NCBI GenBank assembly: GCA_900319075.1
Contig: ONMZ01000004.1
Span: 2,357 to 66,356 of the forward strand
Direction: 5' to 3'
Origin: an uncultured Eubacteriales bacterium
GTDB taxonomy: Bacteria > Bacillota > Clostridia > Oscillospirales > Ruminococcaceae
DNA length: 64,000 bases
Shown: piece by piece, positions 28,855-38,737 of the stretch
Numbering within the stretch: the stretch's first letter is position 1
How the letters are laid out: each line of letters opens with the position of its first letter
The notes under the pieces: generated by a model
What the model was told of the DNA's origin: nothing
Database searches by the model: none
The model's input: only the letters and a program-made list of their open reading frames with translations
Made by a program: the position numbers and the translations under genes

Positions 28855-30576
28855 ATGGGCAGCAAGGGCATAAGCATTCTTTTTCCCGATGGTAATGCGA
28901 AATTTACCCGGATGACGGACAGCGCATTTCACGACCTGGGACTTGACAGCATCTGCAAGGAGCTGACAAGCGATGCAAAGGAGCGCAAATACATCACCGG
29001 GGTAATTTCAAATATGACCGAAGATGCCGATACCGCACGTTTCAGACAGGAGGTTTTTGCGGATATCCTCGATCTTTCGCAGCTGCGTAAAAAGATAACA
29101 GAGTTGTTTGAAAGACTTGAATTTATGAAAAGCTTTGGTTCGCTGGCAAAAAAAACAGAGGAAAAGCTGGGGATATGGTATCTGCTGCACCGGCTCGACG
29201 AGCTGGATGACTACATAAAATGCGTTGAGGCGATGAGGGAGTGTCTGAGTGATGAGAGGATAAGATCACGGGGACTTATCCGTTTTCGTGAGCATATCAA
29301 CGGCATTTACGAGGATTCCTGCTTTGCCCAGATGCGAAAGGATATAAGCGAGCTTAAGCTCAAGGCATCCGAGATTCGCAGCGTGACCATCGGCGTGAAT
29401 GTCAATGACCGCTTTGAAGCAACGAGCATGGGGCTTATCTCGGTCAACAGCAAGCCGTTTAAAAAATCGGGTATAGTCAGCAATTTTGCTGATGCGCTGT
29501 CATCAAAAGGCGGCATAAAAGACGACAATGAATGGAACGGCGAGATGCGCTATCACGAGATTGACCGTTCGCAAAGCGGCACACCCGGGGCGATCTTTCA
29601 AAAGGGTATGGGCTTTCTTGCAATGCAGACAACGGGAGCATTTGTTGACGCAAAGGTGCGCCAGACTATCGTGAATATGCCTGATGACGACGGGATGAAC
29701 AACTCCACTTTCTATTTTGAAAAGGTGATGAACAAGATGCTTGACACGCTGGTAAAGCGGTTGAGCGACACGCTTTCAAAGTACGTTGATGTTGCGGTGA
29801 TAAACATTTCACGGCTTATTCCGGAGTTCACATACTACATCAGATTTGCAGAGTTTATCGAAAAATACAGTGAGGCAGGGTTTGCTTTCTGTCCGGCAAA
29901 GGCTGTAAGCGGCAGCGAGTGCTCAATGAATGCCCGGAGCTTTTACAATCTGCGCCTTGCGCTGTCGGTGGAAAATGCCGGGGATATCGTTTTCAATGAC
30001 CTGAAATTTGACAGCGAGCACACTGTGTACATTCTGACGGGTGCCAACCGGGGAGGAAAGACCACTGTGACCCAGGCGGTGGGCTTGCTTTTTGCTCTGG
30101 CACAGGGCGGTATCAATGTGGCAGCCAAGTCGTTTGAATATGTGCCTGTGGACTGTATTTACACACATTTTCCTGCGGACGAGGACAAGACTATCGACCT
30201 TGGAAGGCTGGGTGAGGAGTGCGTGCGTTTCAAGCAGCTCTATGCAGACTGTACAGCGGACAGCTTGCTGCTTTTAAACGAGTCGTTCTCGACGACGTCT
30301 TTTGAAGAGGGATATTTTATCGCTCGTGACTCTGTGCGTGCAATTCTCAAAAAGCGGGTCCGCACGATCTACAACACGCATATGCACAAGCTCGCTGCTG
30401 ATGTTGAGGAGATGAATGAGCAGACCGGCGGCGCAAAAGCCTCGTCGCTGGTTGTGAAAAGTGACGGCGGCAAACGCTCGTTCAAGGTGGAGGTCGCTGC
30501 GCCTGAGGGTATGTCGTACGCAAGAGATATTGCGCAGAAGTATGGCGTAACCTACGAAATGCTGACGAGCGGGTAA
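28855..30576 (+). CDS. MutS-related ATPase (domain V; not canonical MutS1/MutS2)
   Basis: Walker A LTGANRGGKTT, GRLGEE, LLLLNESFSTT..EG, NTHMH, SYARDIA.KYG; no mismatch-binding or Smr domain recognised. Confidence 0.85.
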   Translation: MGSKGISILFPDGNAKFTRMTDSAFHDLGLDSICKELTSDAKERKYITGVISNMTEDADTARFRQEVFADILDLSQLRKKITELFERLEFMKSFGSLAKKTEEKLGIWYLLHRLDELDDYIKCVEAMRECLSDERIRSRGLIRFREHINGIYEDSCFAQMRKDISELKLKASEIRSVTIGVNVNDRFEATSMGLISVNSKPFKKSGIVSNFADALSSKGGIKDDNEWNGEMRYHEIDRSQSGTPGAIFQKGMGFLAMQTTGAFVDAKVRQTIVNMPDDDGMNNSTFYFEKVMNKMLDTLVKRLSDTLSKYVDVAVINISRLIPEFTYYIRFAEFIEKYSEAGFAFCPAKAVSGSECSMNARSFYNLRLALSVENAGDIVFNDLKFDSEHTVYILTGANRGGKTTVTQAVGLLFALAQGGINVAAKSFEYVPVDCIYTHFPADEDKTIDLGRLGEECVRFKQLYADCTADSLLLLNESFSTTSFEEGYFIARDSVRAILKKRVRTIYNTHMHKLAADVEEMNEQTGGAKASSLVVKSDGGKRSFKVEVAAPEGMSYARDIAQKYGVTYEMLTSG

Positions 30577-30677
30577 GCGATATGAGGAGATATGCTTTTC
30601 AATAAACCCCCACTTAAAACATATCCGATATATAATAAAAATACCCAAGAACGTTCACTCGCTCTTGGGTATTTGTT

Positions 30678-31658
30678 TTAGTTTGAAAGCACCAGAAAAG
30701 CGGCGTAGCAGCCAAGTATCGCAAGTCCGCCGATGCGGTAGAAAAGCTTCAAGCCTGCGTTTTCGCTGTCCTTTTTGCGCTGCTTCATAATAAGTATCGC
30801 GCCGACAACAGCCGCTGCGGCAAGTCCGAAAATGTTAAGATACGAGCTTGACTTGTCCTTTGAGATGTACACCGAGCCGCCTCTGTAAAGAATATCGGCT
30901 ACGGAGATTATACAGAAATTGAACACGCCGCTGCCCATTACGTTTCCTGCGCAGGCGTTGAAATTGCCTTTACGGATAAGTGCAATAAAAGATGTAAGCT
31001 CAGGCAGCGAGGTGGCTACGCCCAGGAACAGCGCACCGCCCACCGTCTTGCCCAGGTTGAACTCCTCGGTAAGGTGGTCTGTGGCAATGGTAATGAAAAT
31101 CGACGCTGTTACCAGCAGCACTGCCATTATGATAAATCTGATGATTATCTGTTTCAAAGTCAGGTCGCTTGTGTCCTCGCCCTCGCTCTCGGCGCTGTCG
31201 CCTGCCATGAACTTGATAGAGCAGGCGTAAAGCACCAGCAGGATTATGGAGTAAACGCTTATCCCTGCGAACTCAAAGTCCTTTTTGAACACCACCGGGA
31301 GCGTCATTATCGCAAACATAATAAAAGTTATAACAGTGGTCTTGAAGTGGCTGTTTCCGATAGTCGATTTGCAAAGGCTCTTTGCGGCGATAAGTGCTGC
31401 ACCGCCGAAGATGCACATATTGAACAGGTTGCTGCCCAGGATATTACCCATTACAAGGTCGGGCTGCTTAACGAAAAGCACCGCCGAGATAGAGGTGAAA
31501 AGCTCCGGCAGACTGGTGACTGCGGCAAGGATAACACCGCCTATAAAAGCGCCCGACAGGTCGGTTTTCTTGTCGATAAGGTCAACATAATTTGCCAGCT
31601 TGATCGAGAAAAATACCACGCATACTGCCAGCGCCGCATAAATACCTACCCACATCAT
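30678..31658 (-). CDS. Cation:Ca2+ antiporter (CaCA/YrbG-like)
   Basis: Two alpha repeats: AVTSLPEL...GNILGSN and VATSLPEL...GNVMGSG. Confidence 0.9.
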   Translation of the reverse strand: MMWVGIYAALAVCVVFFSIKLANYVDLIDKKTDLSGAFIGGVILAAVTSLPELFTSISAVLFVKQPDLVMGNILGSNLFNMCIFGGAALIAAKSLCKSTIGNSHFKTTVITFIMFAIMTLPVVFKKDFEFAGISVYSIILLVLYACSIKFMAGDSAESEGEDTSDLTLKQIIIRFIIMAVLLVTASIFITIATDHLTEEFNLGKTVGGALFLGVATSLPELTSFIALIRKGNFNACAGNVMGSGVFNFCIISVADILYRGGSVYISKDKSSSYLNIFGLAAAAVVGAILIMKQRKKDSENAGLKLFYRIGGLAILGCYAAFLVLSN

Positions 31659-31678
31659 ATCTGTTCATCTGTCCTTTC

Positions 31679-32893
31679 TTATTGATGATATGTATTCAAA
31701 AAGTCTTTCATCTGCTGCATTGCATAGGTCAGCTGTTCGCAGTTGGGAAGATAGACTATGCGGAAGTGGTCGGGCTGTTCCCAATGGAATCCGCCACCGT
31801 GGGTGAGAAGTATCTTCTTCTCTTTGAGAAAATCAAGAACGAATTGTTCGTCGTCTTTCATGCCGAACTTTTCCTTGTCAAGTCTGGGGAAAATGTAAAA
31901 TGCTGCACGGGGTCTTACAGCGGTAAGTCCGTCAATGCCGTCGATGAGCTTGCAGATAAGCTCTCTTTGCTCGTAAATACGTCCTCCCGGAAGGAGCATC
32001 TCGTCGGGCTTGTCAAAGTCTCTGAGAGCATATTCGATAACATACTGGCTCTGAACGTTTGAACAAAGGCGCATTGAAGAAAGCATATTTATGCCCTCTA
32101 TGTAGCCTTTTGCCCTGTTAAGATCGCCGCTGAGGACCATCCAGCCGGAGCGGAAGCCTGCGATCTTGTGGGATTTGGAAAGACCGTTGAAGGTCACACA
32201 GAAAAGATCCGGAGCAAGTGATGCAATTGAGGTATGCTTTATGCCGTCCATGCAAAGACGGTCGTAGATCTCGTCGGAAAAAATGATAAGCTCATGCTCA
32301 CGAGCCAGATCCACTATCTGCTGAAGTATCTCCTTGGGATAGACCGCACCGGTGGGGTTGTTTGGGTTGATAACGACGATCGCCTTGGTCTTGTCGGTTA
32401 TTTTGGAGCGCATATCCTCAATATCCGGATACCAGTCGGAAGCCTCGTCACAGATGTAATGTACAGCGTTCCCTCCGGACAAAGTTACAGAGGCTGTCCA
32501 CAAGGGATAGTCCGGCGCCGGCACCAGCACCTCGTCACCGTTGTCCAAAAGAGCCTGCATGGACATGGTTATAAGCTCGGAAACGCCGTTTCCGGTGTAG
32601 ATATTATCTATGCTCTGCGCCACAACGCCCTTGCTTGCGTGATAGGCTTTTATCGCCTCACGTGCCCTTGCTATGCCGTGAGAGTCGGAGTAACCCTGAG
32701 CGTCGTGGAGGTGTGCGCTCATCTCGTTGATAATATAATCAGGTGCGTTGAAATCAAAGGGGGCAGGATTGCCGATGTTGAGCTTGATGATGCTTTCACC
32801 CTGTGCGATCATGCGGTTAGCCTCATCCATAACAGGACCTCTGATGTCGTAGCACACATTATTAAGCTTGGTGGATTTTGCGAATGTTCTCAT
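31679..32893 (-). CDS. alaA: PLP-dependent alanine (glutamate-pyruvate) aminotransferase
   Basis: KSTKL.NVCYDIRGP, KLNIGNPAPF, NPNNPTGA, SDEIYD, NGLSKS...GFRSGW; promoter TTGACA-17-TAGAAT at 32937-32965. Confidence 0.9.
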   Translation of the reverse strand: MRTFAKSTKLNNVCYDIRGPVMDEANRMIAQGESIIKLNIGNPAPFDFNAPDYIINEMSAHLHDAQGYSDSHGIARAREAIKAYHASKGVVAQSIDNIYTGNGVSELITMSMQALLDNGDEVLVPAPDYPLWTASVTLSGGNAVHYICDEASDWYPDIEDMRSKITDKTKAIVVINPNNPTGAVYPKEILQQIVDLAREHELIIFSDEIYDRLCMDGIKHTSIASLAPDLFCVTFNGLSKSHKIAGFRSGWMVLSGDLNRAKGYIEGINMLSSMRLCSNVQSQYVIEYALRDFDKPDEMLLPGGRIYEQRELICKLIDGIDGLTAVRPRAAFYIFPRLDKEKFGMKDDEQFVLDFLKEKKILLTHGGGFHWEQPDHFRIVYLPNCEQLTYAMQQMKDFLNTYHQ

Positions 32894-33120
32894 ATTTACA
32901 CTTCCCTGAATGAATAGTATACAGTTATCCTGATACATTCTACCACACAGGTGGCGGACTGTCAACGGCATTTTTCACAAAGCACAGCTAAAAAAATCGC
33001 AAAAACTGCACTTTTTTTGGTAAAAGGCTTTATTTTTTGTTTGAAATGTAGTATAATGATAATGGTATATTGTGTTTATATCTTAAAAGAGGAAAAATAT
33101 AAACGGGAGGAACGATAAGA

Positions 33121-33627
33121 ATGAAAAACGTAGTAAATGTTCAGCTTGCAGGACGCTCTTATAACCTTAATTCCACCGAGTCTGAGGAATATACTCAGAA
33201 GCTGGCAAGAGAGCTTAACAGGCGCATAACGGCAATAACCAATGCGTCTCCAAGCCTTTCGGCGCTTGACGGGGCGCTGCTGTGCGCTCTTGATTGTCTT
33301 GACGAGCTTACAAAGGCTAACAACAATATCGAGAATATAAGAAACCAGATAAAGGATTATGTAGACGATGCCGGCGAGGCAAGGATACAGGCGGACGAGG
33401 CAAATAAAGAAGTAAGGGTGCTGCGTGCAAGGGTAGAGGCATTGCAGGCAGAGCTGAAAAAGCGCACCACCGTTATCAGATATGACAACGAGAAGGTGGA
33501 AAGCGCAAAGGATATGCTTTCCAAAGAGATAGATGCGGCAATAAACAAGCCCATGAATACAAACGCCCCGGGAGCTCAGCAGTCGTTTTTTAACACAGAC
33601 CCTGCTGCAAACGCTGAAAGAAAGTAA
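33121..33627 (+). CDS. zapA: Cell division protein ZapA family, with long coiled coil
   Basis: V.V.LAGRSY.L...ESEEY..KLA; ALLCAL..LDEL. Confidence 0.8.
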   Translation: MKNVVNVQLAGRSYNLNSTESEEYTQKLARELNRRITAITNASPSLSALDGALLCALDCLDELTKANNNIENIRNQIKDYVDDAGEARIQADEANKEVRVLRARVEALQAELKKRTTVIRYDNEKVESAKDMLSKEIDAAINKPMNTNAPGAQQSFFNTDPAANAERK

Positions 33628-35675
33628 TGGCTGAGATTCTTTCTCCGGCAGGCTCGCCCCAGGCGCTGTGTGCGGCTTTGCGGTGCGGCTGCGATGCGGT
33701 CTATGTTGGCGGACAAAGCTTTTCGGCAAGGGCAAATGCAGCGAATTTCTCCGATGAGGAGCTTGCCCGGGCGGTAGAGATGTGCCATATCCGTGGCGTA
33801 AAGGTTTATCTTGCAATAAACACCGTGATACTTGACAGCCAGCTTGACGGGTGCAAGCGTGCGGTGGAATATGCGGCAAAGATAGGCGTTGACGGACTTA
33901 TAACCCAGGATCTGTGCCTTGTGGAGATAGTAAGAAAGTGCTGTCCACGTATGGAGATACACGCCTCCACCCAGATGACTGTTCACACCAAAAAGGGCGT
34001 TGAACAGGCAAAGGAGCTGGGTTTTTCACGCACTGTGCTTTCAAGGGAGCTGCCCGAGGGGATAATAGCAGACCTTTCGGAACTTGGCACACAAACGGAG
34101 ATTTTTGTCCACGGGGCATTGTGTATGTCTGTCTCGGGGCAGTGCTATATGAGCGCCCTTATCGGATCACGAAGCGCAAACAGAGGGCTTTGTGCACAGG
34201 CTTGCAGGCTTGCGCTCAGCGCCGTGAAGGGGCAGGAGAGGTACGATCTGTCCTTGAAGGATATGTCGCTGCTTGATATTATGCCAAGGGTGCTGGCAAC
34301 AGGCGCAAGCTCGCTGAAGATCGAAGGGCGAATGAAGCGCCCGGAATATGTGGCAAAAGCCACCCATAGCGCAGTTATGGCTTGTGCAGGCCGGGACCCG
34401 GATATGGACGGACTGGGAGCGGTCTTTTCAAGACAGGGCTTTACAAAGGGATACTTTGAAGGTAAAAAGGGCAAAGAGATGTTCGGCAGGCGTGACAAAG
34501 TAGATGCGGCGGTGTCGGCAAAGGCTTTGCCTGGGATCCATGAGCTTTACAGAAGCGAGGAAAAACGTGACAGGGTGAGATTTGTATTCACGGCACAAAA
34601 GGAAAGCAGAGTTATCCTTACGGTCACAGACACCCGGGGAAACAGCTTCTGTGCAAAGGGCGACGTTCCTCAAACAGCGCAGAATAAAAGTTTGAGCACC
34701 GAGCAGGTGGAAAAGCAGCTTATAAAGCTCGGGGACACTATATACGAATACGGCGGCTGCGAGTGTGACATCGGTGATATGCTGTACGTCAGCCCCTCCC
34801 GGATAAACGCCCTGCGGCGGCAGGCGTGCCAGGGACTGGACAGTGCAAGAGCCAAGGCGAACGATAGGTCTGTGCCCTTTGAAGATAGGGATATTACAGA
34901 CTTTGAGGGAGGCTGCGAGTGCGAACAGCCAAAGATAAGGATAGAGATTTCAAGCTTGAAACAGCTTGAAAACATAGATCTGAGCGATATCGAATTTGTG
35001 ATTATGCCCCTTGAAATGTGCAAAAATGCGGACTTTGCGGCGCTTGGCGAAAAGCTGATGGCGGCGCTGCCCAGATTCACCTTTGACGAGGAGAACGTGA
35101 TAGAGCGCCTGAGGGCATTGAAAGAAAAGGGCTTGGAACATATCCTCGCCACAAATATCGCACATCTGAAAATCGGCAGAGAACTGGGGCTTACTGTCCA
35201 CGGCGGCTTCGGGCTGAATGCGACAAACAGTGTGGCGGTCAAGCTTTTAGGGGAAATGGGCGCAGCGGATGTGACAGCGTCTTTTGAACTTAAAGCGGCG
35301 CAGATACGTGCTCTTAAAAAGCCTGTGCCGGTTGGCGTTATCGCCTATGGACGGCTGAGTGCTATGCTGACGGTCAACTGTCCCATAAGGCAGGCTGTGG
35401 GCTGCGGCAAATGTACAAAGCGGCTTTACGACCCTACGGGCAGAGAGCTTGCGGTGCGCTGCTCAAAGGGTGAGGGGTATGTGGAGATACTTAACAGCGA
35501 TGTGCTGTATATGGCGGACAAGCTGAACGATCTCAAAGGTGCATCGTTTGTGCAGCTTTGCTTTGACGAGGAAGATCCACAGCAGGCAGCTGACATTGTC
35601 AGGGCTTATAAAAACGGCGAAAAACCGCAGCTTGAAAACATGACCCGAGGTCTTTATTACAGGGGGATAATTTGA
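33627..35675 (+). CDS. U32-family protein, long form (RlhA-like RNA hydroxylation protein)
   Basis: EILSPAG, HASTQM, FVHGALC.S.SGQC.MS, SANRG.CAQ.CR, SLKIEGRMK. Confidence 0.88.
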   Translation: MAEILSPAGSPQALCAALRCGCDAVYVGGQSFSARANAANFSDEELARAVEMCHIRGVKVYLAINTVILDSQLDGCKRAVEYAAKIGVDGLITQDLCLVEIVRKCCPRMEIHASTQMTVHTKKGVEQAKELGFSRTVLSRELPEGIIADLSELGTQTEIFVHGALCMSVSGQCYMSALIGSRSANRGLCAQACRLALSAVKGQERYDLSLKDMSLLDIMPRVLATGASSLKIEGRMKRPEYVAKATHSAVMACAGRDPDMDGLGAVFSRQGFTKGYFEGKKGKEMFGRRDKVDAAVSAKALPGIHELYRSEEKRDRVRFVFTAQKESRVILTVTDTRGNSFCAKGDVPQTAQNKSLSTEQVEKQLIKLGDTIYEYGGCECDIGDMLYVSPSRINALRRQACQGLDSARAKANDRSVPFEDRDITDFEGGCECEQPKIRIEISSLKQLENIDLSDIEFVIMPLEMCKNADFAALGEKLMAALPRFTFDEENVIERLRALKEKGLEHILATNIAHLKIGRELGLTVHGGFGLNATNSVAVKLLGEMGAADVTASFELKAAQIRALKKPVPVGVIAYGRLSAMLTVNCPIRQAVGCGKCTKRLYDPTGRELAVRCSKGEGYVEILNSDVLYMADKLNDLKGASFVQLCFDEEDPQQAADIVRAYKNGEKPQLENMTRGLYYRGII

Positions 35676-35808
35676 ATGGCACAGTTCAGGTATGTCAGCG
35701 AGAATACGATAGAGCATCTTTCGCTGCACGTCATCGGCCGTTATGTTCAGCGAGCTTGGCGAGGTATCGTGGTTTGAGGATCTTCACAAACAGGAGGGGC
35801 AATCATGA
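35676..35808 (+). pseudogene. Internally deleted gene remnant
   Basis: ATG immediately after the U32 stop (MAQFRYVSENTIEHLSLH), joined out of frame to a C-terminus (..MFSELGEVSWFEDLHKQEGQS*) whose TGA overlaps the VOC gene ATG. Confidence 0.45.
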
Positions 35809-36206
35809 GACTTGACGGATTCGGACTTTTTGTCGAGGATATGGGCAGGATGATCCGCTTTTACAGAGATGTGCTGGGCTTTGAGATAAAAGAGGACGAG
35901 GACACCTCAAATGTCTTTCTTGTAAAGGACGGCACGCTGTTCCTGCTTTACGGCCGCAGTGATTTCGAGAAGATGACAAGCCGCAGGTACGAGTATATCA
36001 AGGGCTTGAACGGACACTCGGAGATAGCGCTGTATGTTGACACGTTCGAGGAGGTCGATGAAAGGTTCAAAGAGGTCGTGCAAAAGGGCGCGCAGCCTAT
36101 CCTTGAACCGATAACAGAGCCGTGGGGACAGCGCACCTGCTACGTCGCCGACCCCGAGGGGAACCTTATCGAGATAGGCTCGTTCAACAAGCCGTTTGAA
36201 AGATAG
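35805..36206 (+). CDS. VOC/glyoxalase family protein
   Basis: LFVEDM...RFYRDVLGF; EPWGQRTCYVADPEGNLIEI. Confidence 0.92.
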   Translation: MRLDGFGLFVEDMGRMIRFYRDVLGFEIKEDEDTSNVFLVKDGTLFLLYGRSDFEKMTSRRYEYIKGLNGHSEIALYVDTFEEVDERFKEVVQKGAQPILEPITEPWGQRTCYVADPEGNLIEIGSFNKPFER

Positions 36207-36247
36207 CCGCACACAGTATCGAAATGACAACAGAAAGAGGAAAGTAA

Positions 36248-36688
36248 ATGAAACTTCTGATAAAAAAGCTTGATGAAAAAGCAGTGATCCCTGCAAGACA
36301 GACCGAGTTCAGTGCAGGGTACGATCTGAGTGCCTGCTGCGATGAGCCGATAACGGTCAGGGCAGGGCAGACGGTAAAGGTCCATACGGGTGTTGCGATG
36401 GAGATAGACGGGGACAAAAACACGGTCGGGCTTATCTATGCACGCAGCGGACTTGCCACAAAGTTCGGCCTTGCCCCTGCGAACTGCGTGGGAGTTATCG
36501 ACTGGGACTATCGGGGCGAGGTGATCGTTGCGCTGCACAATTCATCGGAAAACGACTTCGAGATAAACCACGGCGAGCGTATCGCACAGCTTGTGCTTGC
36601 CCCTGTGTTCACACCGGAGGTCGAGATAGTTTCAGAGCTTTCAGGCACATCAAGAGGAGAAGGTGGCTTTGGCTCCACCAATAAGTGA
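36248..36688 (+). CDS. dut: dUTP diphosphatase
   Basis: SAGYDL, ARSGLA, GVID.DYRGE, RIAQL, RGEGGFGST. Confidence 0.96.
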   Translation: MKLLIKKLDEKAVIPARQTEFSAGYDLSACCDEPITVRAGQTVKVHTGVAMEIDGDKNTVGLIYARSGLATKFGLAPANCVGVIDWDYRGEVIVALHNSSENDFEINHGERIAQLVLAPVFTPEVEIVSELSGTSRGEGGFGSTNK

Positions 36689-36689
36689 T

Positions 36690-36989
36690 ATGAGCAGTTT
36701 TTTTGCCAACAACCCCACGGTCATACTTGCACTGATAGGGCTTTTGTTTTCGGTGCTGAACATAATCAATCTGATACTCAGCCGTAAGCGTGACCATTTT
36801 GTTTCGGGGATACCGCTGTTCGGCGGTCTGTTTATACTTATCGGCTTTTTGCTTTCCCACCACAAGATCTGGGCGCTTTTGTGCTTTACCGATTACTCGT
36901 GGGTGATGCTGCTGTTTTCGCTGATCTTTGGCGGAAAAATCAACCGGAAGAAAGAGGATAACAAGGATAATGAAGATAGTAAACGCTAA
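36690..36989 (+). CDS. Small hypothetical membrane protein
   Basis: 99 aa, about 3 TM, SGIPLFGG motif; packed between dut and the amidohydrolase. Confidence 0.65.
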   Translation: MSSFFANNPTVILALIGLLFSVLNIINLILSRKRDHFVSGIPLFGGLFILIGFLLSHHKIWALLCFTDYSWVMLLFSLIFGGKINRKKEDNKDNEDSKR

Positions 36990-38115
36990 AATTTATACCT
37001 GCGACAAGGATTTCACCGTCATCGAAAACGGCTTTGTCGAGGTAGAAAAAGGAAAGATAACCGCAGTGGGTGAATGTGCGCCTTACAGCGAGGGCGACAT
37101 AGACGCACAGGGAAAGAGCCTTTTTCCCGGCTTTATCGACTGCCACACACACCTTGGGCTTACCACGAGCGGTGTGGGCTTTGAGGGCGAGGATCTCAAC
37201 GAATCGGTGGATTCCTGCACGCCGCAGCTGCGGATAATCGACGGGATAAATCCCCTTGACTACTCCTTTGAACTTGCACGAAAGGCAGGCGTTACGGCGG
37301 CGGTGGTATCTCCCGGCTCGGCAAACGCTGTTGCAGGGCAGATATACGGGATAAAGACTGCAGGCAAGCGTGTAGATAAAATGTCCCTGGGACAGGTGGG
37401 GATAAAATTTTCTCTGGGCGAGAACCCGAAAATGACCTACAATGACCGTGACGAAACTCCCGTGACGAGAATGGCGATAGCTGCGGTGATAAGAGAGGCT
37501 CTTTTTAAGGCAAAGCGTTACAGACAGGATATTGAAAAAGCCCAAAACGAGGACGGGGATATGCCCGAATATGACATAAAGAGCGAGGCGCTGCTGCCGC
37601 TTCTTGACAGGCGTATCAAGGCGCATTTCCACTGCCACAGGGCAGACGACATTTTTACAGCGGTGAGGATAGCAGGGGAGTTCGGGCTGGATTACACCCT
37701 TGTCCACTGCACCGACGGATATCTTATAGCTGACGAGCTGGCGCAGGAAAGCTGCTCGGCGGTGATAGGACCTGTTATCTGTGACAGGTGCAAGCCCGAA
37801 ATGGCATCGCTGTCGCCCGAAAATGCGGCGATACTTGCACGAAATGGCGTCAATGTCGCTGTTTGCACCGACCACTCGGAAGTGCCAATAGAGTACCTGC
37901 CGCTGTCGGTGGGTATATGCCGCAAGCATGGATTGAGTTTTGAGGACGCACTTTTAAGCGTAACAAGAAATGCTGCAGAGATAGCAGGTATAGCGGACAA
38001 AGTCGGCTCGGTGGAGATCGGAAAGGACGCTGATCTGACGCTGTTTGAGGGCGACCCCTTTGAGGTCATGAGCAGCCCTGAAATGGTCATGATAAACGGT
38101 GAGATAATAGGATAA
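36970..38115 (+). CDS. Amidohydrolase family protein
   Basis: PGFIDCHTHLG, SPGSAN, KFSLGENPK, HCHRADD, GSVEIGKDADL. Confidence 0.92.
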   Translation: MKIVNAKIYTCDKDFTVIENGFVEVEKGKITAVGECAPYSEGDIDAQGKSLFPGFIDCHTHLGLTTSGVGFEGEDLNESVDSCTPQLRIIDGINPLDYSFELARKAGVTAAVVSPGSANAVAGQIYGIKTAGKRVDKMSLGQVGIKFSLGENPKMTYNDRDETPVTRMAIAAVIREALFKAKRYRQDIEKAQNEDGDMPEYDIKSEALLPLLDRRIKAHFHCHRADDIFTAVRIAGEFGLDYTLVHCTDGYLIADELAQESCSAVIGPVICDRCKPEMASLSPENAAILARNGVNVAVCTDHSEVPIEYLPLSVGICRKHGLSFEDALLSVTRNAAEIAGIADKVGSVEIGKDADLTLFEGDPFEVMSSPEMVMINGEIIG

Positions 38116-38131
38116 AAAGGATAATAAAGCT

Positions 38132-38659
38132 ATGATACCAACATTCAGATATCACCCCGACCCCATAAAGACAGGGGCATTTTTGCAGGGGGAGGATCAC
38201 ATTTGTGACTGCTGCGGCAGGCAGACAGACACATGGTACGAACAGCCATTTTACACGGAAAAGGACCATGTGGAATGTCTTTGTCCGGAGTGCATCGCAA
38301 GCGGCAGGGCGGCTGAGAAGTTTAACGGAAGCTTTCAGGACGAGGCAAACGTAGGAGAGGTAAGCGACCCCGAAAAGCTGGACGAGCTGGTGCACCGCAC
38401 CCCGTGCTACTGCTCCTGGCAGCAGGAGTACTGGTACGCTCATTGTGACGATTTCTGCGCCTTTGTCGGCTATGTGGGCTGGGAGGACATTGTGAAGATG
38501 GGTATAGCACAGCAGATAGAGAAAAACTATGATGAGGAAATCTGCGGATTTGACTTTGAGGATATAAAAGAGTGCATGATGAACGAGGGCAGTATGCAGG
38601 GGTATTTATTCAGATGCCTGCACTGCGGCGAATATTTTTTGTATGCAGACTGCGATTGA
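38132..38659 (+). CDS. CbrC/UPF0167 family protein
   Basis: P.FRYHPDP, CDCC, LCPECIASG.AA.KF, RTP.Y.SWQ, HCDDFCAF.G, GYLFRCLHCG. Confidence 0.9.
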   Translation: MIPTFRYHPDPIKTGAFLQGEDHICDCCGRQTDTWYEQPFYTEKDHVECLCPECIASGRAAEKFNGSFQDEANVGEVSDPEKLDELVHRTPCYCSWQQEYWYAHCDDFCAFVGYVGWEDIVKMGIAQQIEKNYDEEICGFDFEDIKECMMNEGSMQGYLFRCLHCGEYFLYADCD

Positions 38660-38737
38660 AACTCTTTCAAAAAGGTTTTCCCAAAATTATGAGGTGTACG
38701 CAGCGGGTGATTAACTAACGAACGCAAAGGAGAAAAA

